Assembly: GCA_050084515.1 (NCBI GenBank)
Contig: CM114271.1
Coordinates: forward strand, 4,402,001-4,466,000
Length of the DNA stretch: 64,000 nt
DNA from: Blasia pusilla
Lineage: Eukaryota
Direction of reading: 5' to 3'
Part shown: piece after piece, positions 37,792-52,650 of the stretch
Numbering within the stretch: the stretch's first letter is position 1
Layout of the letters: every line of letters starts with the position of its first letter
The notes under the pieces: model-generated
Database searches by the model: none
What the model was told of the DNA's origin: nothing
What the model saw: the letters and a program-made list of their open reading frames with translations, nothing else
Program-made: the position numbers and the translations under genes

Positions 37792-40700
37792 CCCTCATTA
37801 GCGCTCGACAATTGAGAGACGTTGCCCCTAGAATTTTCCTCATCACCTCTTAAGTTAGAACCCTTCTGAAAACTTCTTTTCCCTCAATCTCGTTATCCAT
37901 CCTAAATAATGGTATTTTTATTTTTCATTACGATCATTATTATCGAGCACGTATTATCCCTGCTGATATTGTTTATCGTGACCAACGGAGTCTCCCTGCG
38001 GCCTACGTTGTAAAGACTGATATTAGGTCCACGAAAATTTAGATGGATATTAAATTAATTGTATTATTGAACTGGAACCTTTCTATGGTGATTTGATGGC
38101 AACGGAGCATCGAAAAATACGGCCTTTCGTGCTCAACCGTTCCAACAAAATTAATAACAAATGGGAGTAATATTGTCGGTTGGTACATTATTCGCCCTTT
38201 CACTTAAGTTCATGGCTCGTGATAGTGGTAGACATGATCATTTCTTGGTAGGTACGTCGTATTCACCCTCCTTTGGATTTCTACCAACAAATAATCATTG
38301 AACATGAGCTATCCCACCTTTTTCATTCAGAAAATAATTTGCAAATTTATTTTTTTACTAGTCTACCATGCCCTTCACATATACTTTAATTCAATCTCCT
38401 GCCCTATTTTCTTAATCTTGTGCGAACTCCATTTTCCACCTGCCCGAGTTCTTCGAAGGACAAATGCTGATAACACTATTTTAAAAAATGTCTTGAGGGG
38501 CTCCAAAAGTGCTCCTCTTTTAATAAAATAAATTGATCTCATGTAATGGACTTCTTGTGGTATGTGATGGTTTGTATTGTTCTAGGGAGAGTTGATATAA
38601 TCCTAGAAAAAAAATGAAAAACATCTATCAGTTTCAATAAATGCTATCCTATCTATGCTTCTTTTGGTACAATTTTGAATTTTATATATATATATATATA
38701 AATGAATGCATTTTAAAGCCATTTGTGAGATAGAAATCTTCCTAATAAGATAGTGCGACTTGTTCAGAGGTCAAGATGTTGAGTCACGTTTGTGCACTCT
38801 ATTCCGCATTCATCCGCACTTGGATTTGCTTGCATCCCTTGAAAGTCTGGGCCTTTTGCACGTGATTAAAGATTTCCTTTGCATTATTTCCATCCGCATG
38901 TTATTAACTAGGTTTTTGATCGTATGACCGGCGGAAAAGTTGTTAAGAGAAAACTAGCTTATCACCATTCCACGTGGTTATCCATTCCTTTGCGATTGTA
39001 GAAAAAATTAAATATAACTTAGTGCATGTACTATAATATTCGTGATAAGAATGATTGGAATTCATACTATTGAACTTGACTCTTAAAAGAGTTGAAATAT
39101 TGAATAAACATGAATTTCTTTATGATAGGGTGTGCCTTTATTTCGGTCAAAATTTTCCACAAATTTCATATTTATTTTTGTCATCATTGGACTTTTTCTT
39201 GTCCAATGTTTGTTCACTTTTAAGACAAGTAGTTATTTGTCAATGGTTGCCAAAAAAATAAATTTATTCCGATATTTCTATTTTTAATAATTTTCAATAA
39301 CTCTCATGATATTTTTACTTTGTAACTATCATGAAATTTAAAAAAATCCAATTTTTAGCAATCCTAAATACTGCACCTTTTTGAGTGGAGAGGAAAAAAC
39401 AAAAATTAATAGTTGTTCAGCGAGGGAGGATTTCATACATAATATTCCTTTTTGAACTGTTAAATTTTCAATAGAAAAGGGAAGAAGACATAGGGACTTT
39501 TGAATAGGGGAGGGTAGGGGAGATTAATTTCCTACAAGCAAGTCTTCATGTATTTTTTGAATTTTCAATAAAAGTGGTAGATAGAAGTTGGAGGAGATTC
39601 CTCACTTTATACAAATGGATAAAGACAAATGGGCCCTCTCTATAAATTAAGTAAGATATAAGTAACCTACCCATTCCAAAGGAGAATAGAAAAGAGTTCA
39701 TCTCCATCTTCCCTTCTTCATCTTACGCCTCTCGTTGGGAAATGAGATGAATAATAGAGGAGGGAAGAAGGGGAAGGATGGACAAAGGGAAGGTCTGGAC
39801 ATGTCTTCTCCATGCCTTAAGAGGGTAGAGGCCCAAAAAGTGAAGAGACTAACAATGAGTTTGGTCGGTGGGTGGTATAGAGAAGTTAGGTATGAAAGGA
39901 GGATAACATATGGATCCTCGCTAGGGGCTTAAGAAGGTTTATATGATAATCCTCTAGGAATATAGATATGTTATCCATGTGTTTACTTCAAGTCTTTTAA
40001 TGAGGCTAATGGCGATCTTGAATCATGTTGGCATTGCGTCCCTCTTCTAGATGATCCCATCTCCTTCCATTGATGATGCCTTTATTTTGTATCAAATCCA
40101 AGTGACATCATTGCCACTATCTATGTATGTAGAATGCACTGTTAGAAAATCTCAAGTGAGTATACAGATCACTTGAATTTTGAAAAGAGGGTCGAACGTT
40201 ATTATTTCATTTAGACTTAGAGTATGTATGAGTAAGAATATAACTATTAAAATTCAGTTCATTGTTTGTAGTTTGAAGTTAGAGACAAAAAAATATTTAA
40301 GTTATATTTTTTTGGAAACAAAAAAATATAACTTAAATAGGAATAGGGTACAAATCCCAAAACATGCAAATGGACACAGATTCCATAAACACAATTTTTT
40401 TAAATATCTCAAATAGTGATTTTTTTAAAACCACTTCAATATTCTACATGGCTTAAGCACTAGCAAACTCGATTATGAAAATGAACTCTTATATGCACTC
40501 ACAATGAATTATGCTTTGAGCAAAGTAAGGAAGTTTAATCCTATCCAATATATATTTTCCTCCTAATAATATAAATTTAAAATTTTAACTCAATATAATT
40601 TGTCTTTTTTTGCAGTAGACTTGGTAAAGGTGAACTCCTTATGATGAAGAGAATCTAGAATGCTTTGATGATTTTAACAAATCAAAGGAATGCAACAATT

Positions 40701-41279
40701 ATAAAAAAAAATGAACAAAAGAGATATTTAATATTAAAAAGGTAATCTAAAGTCTTGTTGTCTTTTCTCTCAAGTACAAAATCACCTTTAAAGTCTTATA
40801 TTCTGCCCTTTTTAAAAGAACTTTACGTAGAAATTTTCAATTATTCCTTTAAAAAAGAAAACATTTGGTGATAGTAAACAAGTTAATATTTCAAAATGAC
40901 TTATATAAATTAGCAAAAACAAAAAGATTAATCTTACACCTCTCATCCAAGTTCAAGACCACACCAATTTCCTAAAGTTTATTTTATTCAAGTGATATCT
41001 CTAATCCAACTTGGTTACCATCCGCCAATACTTCATGGGTACTAGTATGTGCTCATGTGTGATGCACAATTGATATGATTTTAATATGAATTTGATTGAT
41101 TTATTTTTTTAAATGGATCATTACATGAATTTTTTTCTTTATTAGACACATGTCTAAGCAAGACAAAACACTGAAAAATGCATCTTCCAATCAGTATATA
41201 GATTCTCAACATACATATTTGGAAAAAACTCAAATAACATGCACTTTGATAACTTAGTGATCTCTTCATTACCCCAGAG

Positions 41280-42405
41280 CAAGGTTGCAAGTGGACTTAT
41301 GTCCATCCTAGGAACCCTAAATGCATAGCCTTTATCAAAGGCAGGCCCTACATGGGCTTGATGTAAGCCTTGCGCGAGCTCAATGCGGCCAAGTGCGGGC
41401 TCGACACGAGTTGGATGTGGGCTATAAATTAAATGGATGGCTACCGATTTTTTATAAATTAAAAATCGGTAGTGGGTCATTGAGATGAGTGCGGGATGGC
41501 CAAGCCTGGGTCTATGTGGTGGGCGAGGCATGCTCAAGTGCAATCCACAAACCACACACGGGCCCTAAATATTGGAATACGGGTAAACCCTAAATCCTAG
41601 ATGGGGTAATGCAGGCTCCAATAGATATTAGATATGTCCATCTTAGGGATAGACATAAGTCCACGGACATGGACATTGTCAGTGTACAACCTTGGTCTGA
41701 TTCTTCTCACATCACGTACCCCTTCCAACTATGGTTACACAACAATGAACAAGTTTGTCCCTAAGACAAACATGGACGGATAAGTGTGAACATGGAAATC
41801 CATATTCGTGGACATGGATTGTAAGAGATGGGGTCCACAATTTATTGCTCATGGTGGGAGGTAAGGTAGGGATGGGCAAGACATCAAAGAGCGACCGTGG
41901 GGGTAAGGGTGGGTGGAGGTAGGGTGAGGAAGCAACGGGTATTCAAACAAGATAGAAGTGGGTGGGGAAGGACAAGAAAGGGAGGAGGTGGGGCCCATAA
42001 ATCCTTCCATAAGACAAACATAGACATGGACATGGACATGCCCGTTGACACGGAATTTATCCGCATGTAACCTTGCCGCCGACCCATCATAGCACCCTTT
42101 TTTTCTTATCAAAACTATAAAAAAATAAAATTTTATTTAAAGATTAAAAATAAATCATTTTGAATATTTATTTCGCGCCTGGCCTCGCACGACGCCCCTC
42201 CACTACTCCCTCCATCCCGACCCCTATGTCACCTATGTCTTCCTTGTGCCCTCTTCACCCTCGCCTTTCGACATCCTCACCCCACATTTATTATCCGCCC
42301 TCGTCCCCATCATCTCCATCTACATGGGCAAACCGGGTTCCATAAAAACTTGTGTGCAAGGACGTGATGGCATGTCCACATACAAGTTTGTTTTTGTGTA
42401 ACCTA
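41280..42405. mobile_element. Cluster of hAT-type MITE copies/fragments (CAAGGTTG family)
   Basis: CAAGGTTG at 41280 paired with CAACCTTG ending 41694; TATGGTTA at 41730 paired with TAACCTTG ending 42075; a further TAACCTAG end near 42405. All share GGACA/TGTCC subterminal motifs with 57635-58275. Confidence 0.7.
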
Positions 42406-45206
42406 GCCAAAGTCACGAAGACATGTCGCTAAACTACAACTTCATTATATGCAAGGTTTATGTTGTTTGACCAAAGTTGGCAACAATAAAGTATGTTGAG
42501 TTTTGTATTGATTTGTTTTACAAACTAGTAACATGAATGAAAAAAAATTCAAGATCTTTGAGTTGACTAGTGGATTTCAGGAGCTAATAATAAATGCTTA
42601 AGGGTAAGGTTGTGTTAAAGTCAAACATTAGCAACCTCAATAATGGTTTGCATCCATGGACATTCACACTTATTTATCAACTTTGTGTCATGATAACAAA
42701 CATACACCCCAATGGAGTTTACATTATCATTTCCCTATGTACCTTTTTCAATTGGAATATGGACATGATTATTTTTACAACAATGTAAAGCTTTTATAAT
42801 TCATGCACTTTGAAAACTAGTTGGTTCTTATGTGCCACACATATAGCCTCGAATAGGGGCACAAATGCCATAAGTTTGAGGGCCTTATTGAGATATCTTT
42901 ATTAGAAACTTTGAGAAACTCGCTTGTTCCCTTTTAGATAAGGCAAAAAAGATTATTGTGGAACCAAAATTAGGTCTTCTACTTCTACATTAGCCTCATT
43001 ATAGTTTCATAAGCAATGTCTAAATAAAGAACCAAGAAATCCTGAACTATATAACCACCATGGTTCAAAATCAACGTCACATGAATCAATTCGACTCAAG
43101 AGGTTTGCCTTGAGATACACGATTTCATCCGACACATTCACTGCATTTTTTTGCAAGTTGGAATTCTCAACCTACAAACTTACGTTGGTTTTGACTAATT
43201 TTATTTCCATATTTATTTGCCATAATTTTGGTTATTTTTGTTACTTTATATGCCATGAAGAAGAACATTTAGATATAGGAATGGCTTTATAATTCAACAT
43301 ACTTTGAAATAATTTCTATAGAGTATTTTCACATAAGAAATGAAGTTCTCAAAACCAAGTTTGTTATCCATGGGCTCATAAAAGCAAAGGTCTATTGTTT
43401 GAGTGATCAACCCTATCTAAAGGTGGCACAAATTGTTTCATTAGCCCTCCAAGACCCTTACTGCAAGAACATGAATAAAGATGTACACATGTTTATAAGG
43501 GGCACGTTGAAGCAAAATTATAGAGGGACATACCTTTGAAAGTGTTGGACGCATTAGAGATCTCTTTTGAAAATTTGGATCTAGTAGTCATACTAAATGG
43601 GGAAAAATTATACAAAAATAATGATCATGAATTTTCCTTTCATGTCTCAAAAAATCCATGAGCTTATTATTAATAACAAATAAAAAAATAGATGAAAAAA
43701 TTACATAGAAATACAGTGATTTGGAGATGGATAGTAGGCATATGGTTAAAACCAAACCCATACATATTATAAACACAATATAATATCATAATTTTTGTTC
43801 AATTTAAAGATATTAAGTTATTCCAATTAGGAATAGGTAGTTATTCAATGGAAAATGAATCGAAGGTTCACGATCTTAATTATTGTAAAATTAAGATTAA
43901 ATTTGGGGGAAAATATATCTTATCATGAAAAGAACACTTAACATCATAGAATTGGAGTGAGATGAGTTTGACAAAATACTTTTTGAGAGGAAGAGAATGT
44001 ATGAAGGGATGTAAAAAGAGAGGACATATGCAAGTAAGCGAGGGAGGAGGTCAAGCAAGAGAGAGATAGAGACAAACATGGAGAAGTTGAAGAAAGAGAG
44101 AATGAGTGGATGAATCAATGGTTATGAATGTTATAATGTTATATGGCCAATACCTAGTGGGATCCATGCACTAAGTGACTCCTTTTCAATGTCATTAGTA
44201 ATTTGGAACGTGTACAATACAATGGGTCTGACTAATGTAAATGAAAGCATTAACAAAAGGTGGAAATGAAGATGCCAATGGGGATAAAAAATGGTTGGAT
44301 TTTTTTGATAATTTGTTTTTCATGGAAATATGATATTAGAAAAACTTTCTTGGCTAGATATTTCAAGCCAAATGCTTATGATGATGGAAATTTTACCTTA
44401 AGTTTTTTCCAATGGATATTTATGGCAAGTCCAAAAAAGGGAGAACTACCATTTGAAGCCTTAGGAAACATCTCACAATTTTGGAGTTTGACATGCAAGA
44501 AAATTATGCAAATAGTGTTATAAATATATTTATTTTTTAACATATTTTCCAATTGAAAATCTAACTTGAAATCCATTATTTTAAAAATAACATATTTTTT
44601 TTACCTCTTATCGGTTTTAAAATTAATTCTTCTGATCCAATTTTTTTTCCAAAACAATGGTTCAAATAAGAAATTCCCTCCGAAGTAGCCTTGAAAAAAA
44701 TCTCTTTGTAAGAGATGGGGAAAAAATGAATGGAATGATGTCAAATCTTTTGTAGAAAGTGAGCCTTTGGGGGATACCAGAGGTTAAGCCTAGCCAGCCA
44801 AAGATGAGTTGTTGATGACTTGATGGATATGGGAGCTTACAAGTTCAGATTTCCCTTTGGTTTGGGCTTATTTAGAACCTATTTAATGAAAGGTATGCTC
44901 TCTACTTCATGAGAATTGCCTTTTTATTTGTAGAAAGTGACTACTAAGTGGGTCATTTTGTTCCATTATCATAGGTTTAGGGAGAAGGATGTGAAACATG
45001 TGCACAAATCATCAAGGAGAAATCTTAGCGAGAGAGAGGGTATATGTAAAGGAGAGAATATTTGGGAGCTCAATATCTATTTTTTGAACCTAGCTTCTTT
45101 GCATAAGGCTTAAAAGTTATAGTGTTTGAATCTCCTTTGCACAAGGCAAAAAATATTATGGTGTTCCTTGCCTTATAAATAACCCCATGAGGATGAGTTT
45201 GGTTAA

Positions 45207-45209
<3 letters not shown>

Positions 45210-45262
<53 letters not shown>
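45210..45262. repeat. (GA)n microsatellite, about 26 units
   Basis: Directly visible. Confidence 0.98.
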
Positions 45263-45264
<2 letters not shown>

Positions 45265-47719
45265 TAATATTTTTTAGAGGCAAGCCTCTTAAAATTATTT
45301 GGTAGCTACTTGCTTCTAAAGTCTGGACTCCATGGTTGAATGTATAGTCTAGTGTTTTGTTAAAATATAAACATAGAATTTATGATAAAAATTAATGAAT
45401 AGAATATATACTTGGAAAAAATATAAGGAGCAAAAGAAAAATGTGCAAATAATATTAAGATAAAAAAAACTTAATAACTAAATAAATATCCCCTCTCTTC
45501 CAATTTTACTTAGCTTAATCTAGGATAATATCATAAAACAAATGTGAAAGGCTTCACATATGGTATGCACAGAGACCTTCTCAATAAAGAGGCCAAAGTA
45601 AGGAATAGTTTGATTCCAATTATTATCGTGCAATCATTCCAAAATTGTTTCATCCTAAGACTTAACCAACTTATTAGACTTAGAGGTCCTTGTCTCCATA
45701 ACTCAATTATCTTGTATTTAGTCAATTTATTTTCATAGTAGAGCAGATTAACTTAAAAGGGGTTGGACATTTCTTTGATCCATTGCATGGATTGAAGCAT
45801 GACATCTTATTCACAAATTTAATCTCCCTTATTTCTTACCAGTATATTACGTACATGCATTGAAGTTAGGCACGTATGTCTAAAAGTAAGAAATATTTCT
45901 TCCACACATGAAACAAAATGATAACATTGAAAAATTTAATAAATTATCATTTTCTTTCCAACCCAAAAAGACACATGAAATCATTGTATGAGTTGTAAAA
46001 ATGAGAGGGGATTTGATGAGATTTTCCTATACTTGGTATCCATATACTTTGACCTCATTGGTAGTTAGAAAGTAGAAATAACAACATTCTCTTAAATCAA
46101 AGGGGAAACTAAGACTAGGATAAAAACTCTACTTTAGTTTCCTTTAGACTATAACCTAGTATATCTTGTCAACTATAGAATTTTTAGAAATATGAATAAA
46201 AAGATGCTCTTAAGATGAATATACATGTTGGTAGACCTTTGGAAGAAAAGGTTCTAAGAAAAGAGACGTGTAACCCTAGATTTGAATGAACATTAATGGG
46301 AGAATTATGATACAACTTAGAGCATCTCCACCAACAGTATACCAAATGCATTTGGGTCCTCCTCAATTTAAGTACCTTCTTGTAAATATATTATAAGTCT
46401 TCCACAAGAAAGAGTTTGAAGGTAATCTCTATATATGATTTTCCATAGAGGCTTGCAACATGACAAAGAGGCAAGTGAGGAACGTGGTTTCAATCCTTGC
46501 ATCTTGCCAAGATACATCATATGCGTAATTTGAGAAACTTAGAGCATGGCCTAAGCATTTTATGTGCGTGTAGTATCCTGATTATTTTTACGTAAGTGGT
46601 GGAATTTTATTCTAGGCCTCCCCTTGGGAGTGTTGGTAACTTGCTATTATCCCACTCTTTATAGTGGAGTGCACATAATCTTAACCTTAGTATTAGAGCG
46701 AATTCTCCAATTGGTAAAGTTTTCCATAATTTTGTAATTACATCAAAGTTCCTTATTAAAATATTTAATGTTATGTTTTTATAAATAAAATAAAATAAAA
46801 TTGTATTGCTCTCAAAAGGGATAGAAATGTAAATTAATTATTTACATAAATAATTTCATGCAAGAATCCAAACTCTAAACATACATTATTATTAAGAAGG
46901 TACGATTGGCCATATAAAAAAACTAATTTGGTACAAAGACAATATATATAAGAAATTTTCATTGTAAATAAAAGGAGATTCTATAATTCCATCATAAAAA
47001 AAAATTGGTCTCAAAAGTCAAACACTTTAAAATGTAAAATTTGGGTTTGGGAGATTGTAAAGGATTTCAACTTCCCTTAATAGCAAAGATTTTAAAAATC
47101 AACCAAAGAAAGCTCATAAGAAAATGGATGAATTCATCATATGGACACAACTTATCCTCAGTGTTGATGAACCAATTTCAAGTTTTGTATTGTGTCGCTA
47201 AAGGATGTGTGGTTTCCAAAACATATTTTCTTTTCTAAAATAAATTTAAATTATCTTAATTTTTTCTCATAAAATTATGAAGAATAAATTGGCATCCCAA
47301 AGACACATGCTATATAGATATCTTTTTATTTTTAGAATCATTTCTGTCATTTTATTCAAAGAAAAAAACTATTTGGTGTTAAAATGTTTAAAAAAAGTCC
47401 ACAAAACAAAAGACACCTAGTCTTCATTAGGAGATTTCACTATTTTAATTTTATTTCCCTAATAAGTAATCACTAGTAGTTATTTATTTAAAAAATGATA
47501 AACATGAAGTGTTGCGCTTAGTAAAAATCATGTTTCAATCATGGAATTCATTTATTTTTTACTTGAAAATTCTCGTAATATTTTATATTATTAAATTAAA
47601 TTTTCTAATTTCCTTGGAAAGAATTTATTCCCATAAATATTAAAATTAAATAATTATAAAACTCCTTACTATGGATGAGGTGTAATACCATAGTATATCC
47701 ACTATATTATAAATTAAAT

Positions 47720-50700
47720 CTCAAAAGAGGCCAAAGAAAGGTACTTACATCTCAAAAGAGAAGTAAAAAAATGCAAAAAAGAAAATGGCAACTAGCCAAC
47801 AAAAACACCGACTCAACGAGTTACACGATTGATAGCCTGAAAAAAATCTGACAAGAACACGAGTGGTTGGTGAGACGTGAATGGACGACAATGCGAGCGA
47901 CCCCCCACCACCTGTGCACTACGTATCAATGCCAAGGCTTGTGCACGTTGTAAGGCCAGCGAGATATATTGCCGAAAATAAGTAGTAACTATAGAGAGAG
48001 AAGGACTAAGGGAAGGGGCAAGGTGATGATTCTCGAGGGAGTGGTGAGCACATGTTTTCAGTAAAGTATCAAAAGACACATGTAAATGACTGAATACTTC
48101 CATTGCAAAAGGAATAAATCCATCAGTCGCATGTCTCACAACATAACTTAACTCCTTGATTCTTGCTATATCTTCCGCCGTGAAACCTTTGGTATGTGCG
48201 GCTCAACACACCAAGTCAGAACGTGTTGGATCAACAATCACCACATCACCTAGTGTCTGGAATCCATCTCGAGACATAACAAGATCCACTCTCCGACGAG
48301 AGGTTGCTTGTGTGGTTGAAGGTAGGACATGGAGTTGCTCTTGCCCAACGGCATATCCTACAATACGAGCCACTGATGCTACCGCCTCTCTAATGATATC
48401 ATGTGTGGCCGTTTGTTCTCCCCCATCTGCACATATGAGAATATGGACATCCTTGGCATCAATGGGATCCCCGCATACACCATTCAACACATCTAACAGA
48501 GAAGGATGGGGAATTCCAAGACGTAATCGCAAAGTTGTTTGAGAATATACTTTGAGGAAGACAAGATGGAAGGAATAAGAGGATTTTCAGTAAGCCACAC
48601 CCCCGCTTTGGTACCCGCACATGAACGCATACGAGCTCGATGAGTGTTAGAGGATGCCTCAGAGAGAATGATGGAAAAGTTGATTTGATGCAGATTCTTC
48701 AAGATATACTCTTGAAGTCGATCAAGTCCTTCCGTAATCAATTGACTGAAAGTGGGTAGAACTGCTTGTGCAGCAAGAGGAAGAAGAGCTCGGGAAGATC
48801 TTAGTTTTTGTTGAAATAAAAAATCTTCCTCCTCTACATGGGCGATATGATCCATCAAGATAGGTGCATCTCCTTGGATAAACCTTGAAGCCATAATCGG
48901 TGCTACCAACGCCCAACTCCCCAAAAAGGCTGCGGGAGCAGATGCAACTATGGAGGACAGTCCCACCCCTCCAAAAGAAACAGGCAAGATAGCTTGTCAT
49001 GAAGCAAAGACATCATCCTCTCCTTCAAAGGTATTCGCGCTAAGAAGTTGACCAAAAGTTGCCAAGATAGAAGCGTCAAAAGAGGCCAACCAATGTAAGA
49101 ACCTTGAAGTGGGAGGACAAGTGCGAAGAAGGTAGGAAGGATGTCGTAGAAAAAATTGGGAGAGAATCCCATAAGCCACTTTTGGGGATCTCCTAAATGA
49201 GGTAATAAATGAAGCCATTCCAAGTCTTTCAAAAGGGCCTTATCCAAGAACTTTGAGATATAGTCGATGAAGCCAATTGGGACCCCAAGAATCCTAACCC
49301 CTTCAATATAGATGGGAAAATCAGGAGTAGGTGGGGTGAATGTTGAGGGAAGGCATCAAGGGGACCATACTCCATATTTACTAGGTTGGACTTTAAGGTT
49401 TAAGAAAGAGAGTTGCTCCATAAAATGGATATAAGCAAGAACCACTTCAGAAGGAGGACCTATAATGTGAGTGTCATCAACAATAGAAGGGAAAAGAAAA
49501 GATGGAAATGCTCGCGCTGATGCTCAAAGGGCACGAAAGTGGGCAATGGCAAAGAGTGGGCCACAAGCCGATTATAGAATACTATATTCCCCAGAAGTAG
49601 CATAATGGGAATAGATAATGGGCGTATCATAGGCATAGAAGGAGCGAACAAATGGAATGAGGCTCGCAAGTTGTCTTCTTGCACAACGTAACTCCTCAAA
49701 GATGGTCGCACGAGAAACTGAATTGAATACGTTAGCCACATCGACTTGAATTGCTACCGAATTGCTAGGCTTGAATTTGGATGAATATCAAGTGTGGAGA
49801 GAATCCCATGCACCACAGCCTCACAACCTCCAGGAGTTGCCATTCCAAATTGATAAGGAAATAAGTGGGCACTAAAGTGAGGACGAAATTGCAAGCATAG
49901 GGATCGACTAACCAAGCCATATAAAACCTCTCCAATAGCCAAAGGGCGCACACTTGAAACAGGCTAATCCATAGCCAACAAACCAAAAGCCCCTAAGAGC
50001 CTAGAGATAGAGAATGGGAGATGACTGCCGCCATGTGTGCACACATCTTATATAGAGAGAGAAAGCCACTTGTTGAATATGTTGGGATAAAGCAATCGCG
50101 GAGATGCTCAGAAACCATCCACGATAGTCCGCTTGCTGATAAGCGAGGAGTATGGAGAAAAGCCCTTGTGAAAACCTTCAAGTCAAGGTTCATTGTGTAG
50201 TCTTCTACAAAAGATGGAGCATCGCCACTTGAAGGAGGGTGAAGAGCTTTTACGAGAGCCATTTTTTCCGCACTTGGAACCGTCGGAGAAAGAGGACCCA
50301 ATGCTCAAGCTGCACGTGAAAACTCACCAACCTGCCCCAAAAGTATAATTCGTCGAAGACGTTGTATTGATGGCCTCCCATTATTGGCATGTTGAAAAGG
50401 ATAAGTCGCAGCTAAGGCCTCTACTCGAAGTATATACTCATTTTGAAGATTCTCCCAATCCCCATACATAAAGCATTGAATAAGTCGCACCATCCCTTGG
50501 AGGGAGGACTAAAACCCATTGTGGGAAGAATAATAGGAGATACCAAACATTGATATCTATGTTATCACGGGCTAACCTTTCAAATGGGAAAAGCAAAGCT
50601 TGTTTGGTGATGGGGCGAAGAGCAATAGGAATACGAGTGTAGAGTCTAGGATGAGGAAGACTTGGATGGAAAGAGCAAAGGAGGTCAATCTGGCTTAACC

Positions 50701-51880
50701 AAGTCCAAGTAGTTATTGTGGGGAGTGGAGTAGAAGGTGGTATCGGGTTAGGGATTGAAGGCCCATGCATAGATCGACAATATCGGTGATGTCTTTTGAT
50801 CCCATTAGGAGCAAACTCCTTACCATAAGGTATGCAACGAACCTTTTCTACAAATGGAGAAGTAGAAGGGTTACCAGGAGAGGAGGTGGGTGATGCAAGA
50901 GGTGGTGATGGACTACGATGAGGGGGGAAGGAGGAGGAGGAGGAGGAGGAGGAAGAGGGGATATGCGGGTAGAATAGATGGGAGTTGGAAGCAAGGGCAT
51001 AATTGAGATATGTGGGGATGGAAAAATAGAAGGATTCTATAATAATGGAGGATTATCCGGAAAAAATGCAACGAGTGTAATGGGTGTATTAGCATATGGA
51101 GGAAAATGGCGAGATCTACGACGAGGAGGTGAACCAAGGGGAGATGTTATGGCTATAGGAGGGTGTGTAATACTAGATAAGCGAGTAGATGGAGAATCCA
51201 ACTCCATCTCTGATGATATAGAAGCAAGGGTAGGCAAATCATTGAAGACGAGGGAAGACATATGAAATGTGGTTTAGATAAATCATAAGGATAACGAGAA
51301 AAAACAAAAGTAGTGGAATCCGTCCAAAAGAAATTTTGATGGAGAGAAGAAGATTAGGCAATACCGAATTTACTATTGAAAGTTATTATAAGAAAAATAT
51401 AAAAAGCAATTGAAAAGGAAAAGTTATCTATATGGCATCGGAAGAGTTGGCTCAAGAATATGAATTTCTAATGTCCTTAAGGAGATGGCAAACGTATGTA
51501 GGGGCGAATAGTAAGGTAAGGAGTTGAAAGAACAAGGGAGACTTTTGGAAGGAATTGACCTAAAACAAACCCGTAAACAAAAATAGGCGCATACAGAGAA
51601 GCAAGAAACAACTAGAAAACCTACTTGATATGAAAAGAACGAGCTCGTCAAGATGATCGACATAAGCCCAAACATGTCCAAAACCGACACTCTAAAAGAA
51701 AGTCATGAAAGAAATTGGAAACACCAAAAAAGAGGATGTGAGGAATAAGTGAGCCACCTACGAATGGTTGCTATGAAGGAATGAGTTCGTAATGTTGGAC
51801 CCAGCCCATCTAAAAAGATCCAAAAAATCAAGAGGAAGCTCTTAAATCAATGGTAACCCGATATCACTCTATAAGGAGAG
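47720..51880 (-). mobile_element. Near full-length, decayed CRE-like non-LTR retrotransposon (N-terminal zinc finger, RT, CCHC knuckle, restriction-like endonuclease)
   Basis: Minus-strand order: RCIPYGKEFAPNGIKRHHRYC (~50775-50840), RPLAIGEVL..YQFGMATPGGCEAVVH, QVDVANVFNSVSR, FPSIVDDTHIIGP (~49455-49495), LGVPIG, LPVSFGGVGL, RMRSCAGTKAGVWL, RLRLGIPHP, CGDPIDAKDVHILIC..THD, RRVDLV..GDVVIVDP, FIPFAME. Many stops and frameshifts. Outer boundaries are approximate. Confidence 0.85.
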
Positions 51881-52454
51881 CACAATGTATGAAATTGCGT
51901 ATAGGAATCTATGAACACATTTAGGAGATAAGAAGATCCAAATATCCAAAGAATTTTGAAATTTTCAATTTTAAATGAGAAAAAAAAACCCCAAAATTTA
52001 AAATTGAAAAGATTAACACATTCGACTTTAAATTTAAAAAAATCATTATGAAAAAAATTACAAAAAAAATTATAGACCCATCTCCTCCTCCTCATCTCCT
52101 CATCTATGACTACTACCCTTTTCTTGTTCCTATAATTAGTCTCCATATGGCCTCATTCTCAAACTTTATATTTATACAAAGTTTGAGAATTTAGATTACT
52201 ATATATTTATGAAGAAAAAGTTTATTTGAGATAATGATTTGAAATTTGTTTCGGCGAAAAGGAAAAAGGGGAAAAGTAATTCCCGACCGAACATGCATTC
52301 TCCGTAGCCCACGGTCCTTGTCCTTATTAACGTCTGCCCGTGTCCCTCCGGAAGAGGAAAGATAAGATGACTTCTGACGAAAAGAAGTAAACTTTTGAGG
52401 TTTATTTTATAATAAACGATCTTTCCACGAAAATAACACATAACCAGTTTGCCC

Positions 52455-52650
52455 GCAACGTAGGGTGTATATCACGTGCCACGTGTTGGAAGGAGGTCTA
52501 CATGGACTTAATGAGACGTGTTCAGCGGCGTAGCCTACGTGGAACCCGAGCTCAGGAACGTGGGCTATTGACGAGTTGACATTCCCTTGGCTCGTGCGTG
52601 TCAGGCATCTGCATGATTGGGCAGTAACGAGTTACTTACGTGGCTTTAAA
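52455..52650. promoter_or_regulatory. Candidate cis-regulatory module with six ACGTG (G-box/ABRE-like) cores
   Basis: CACGTG 52473 and 52480, GACGTG 52515, TACGTGG 52536, AACGTGG 52557, TACGTGGC 52637, plus GCGTGTC 52596. Confidence 0.45.

Noticed and set aside
42560-43560. Possible hAT transposase ghost (CATHIASN, NVT*INST)
   Set aside because: Matches are too degenerate to call without a profile search.
52155-52190. 13-bp-arm AT-rich inverted repeat
   Set aside because: Short and AT-rich, with no supporting context.
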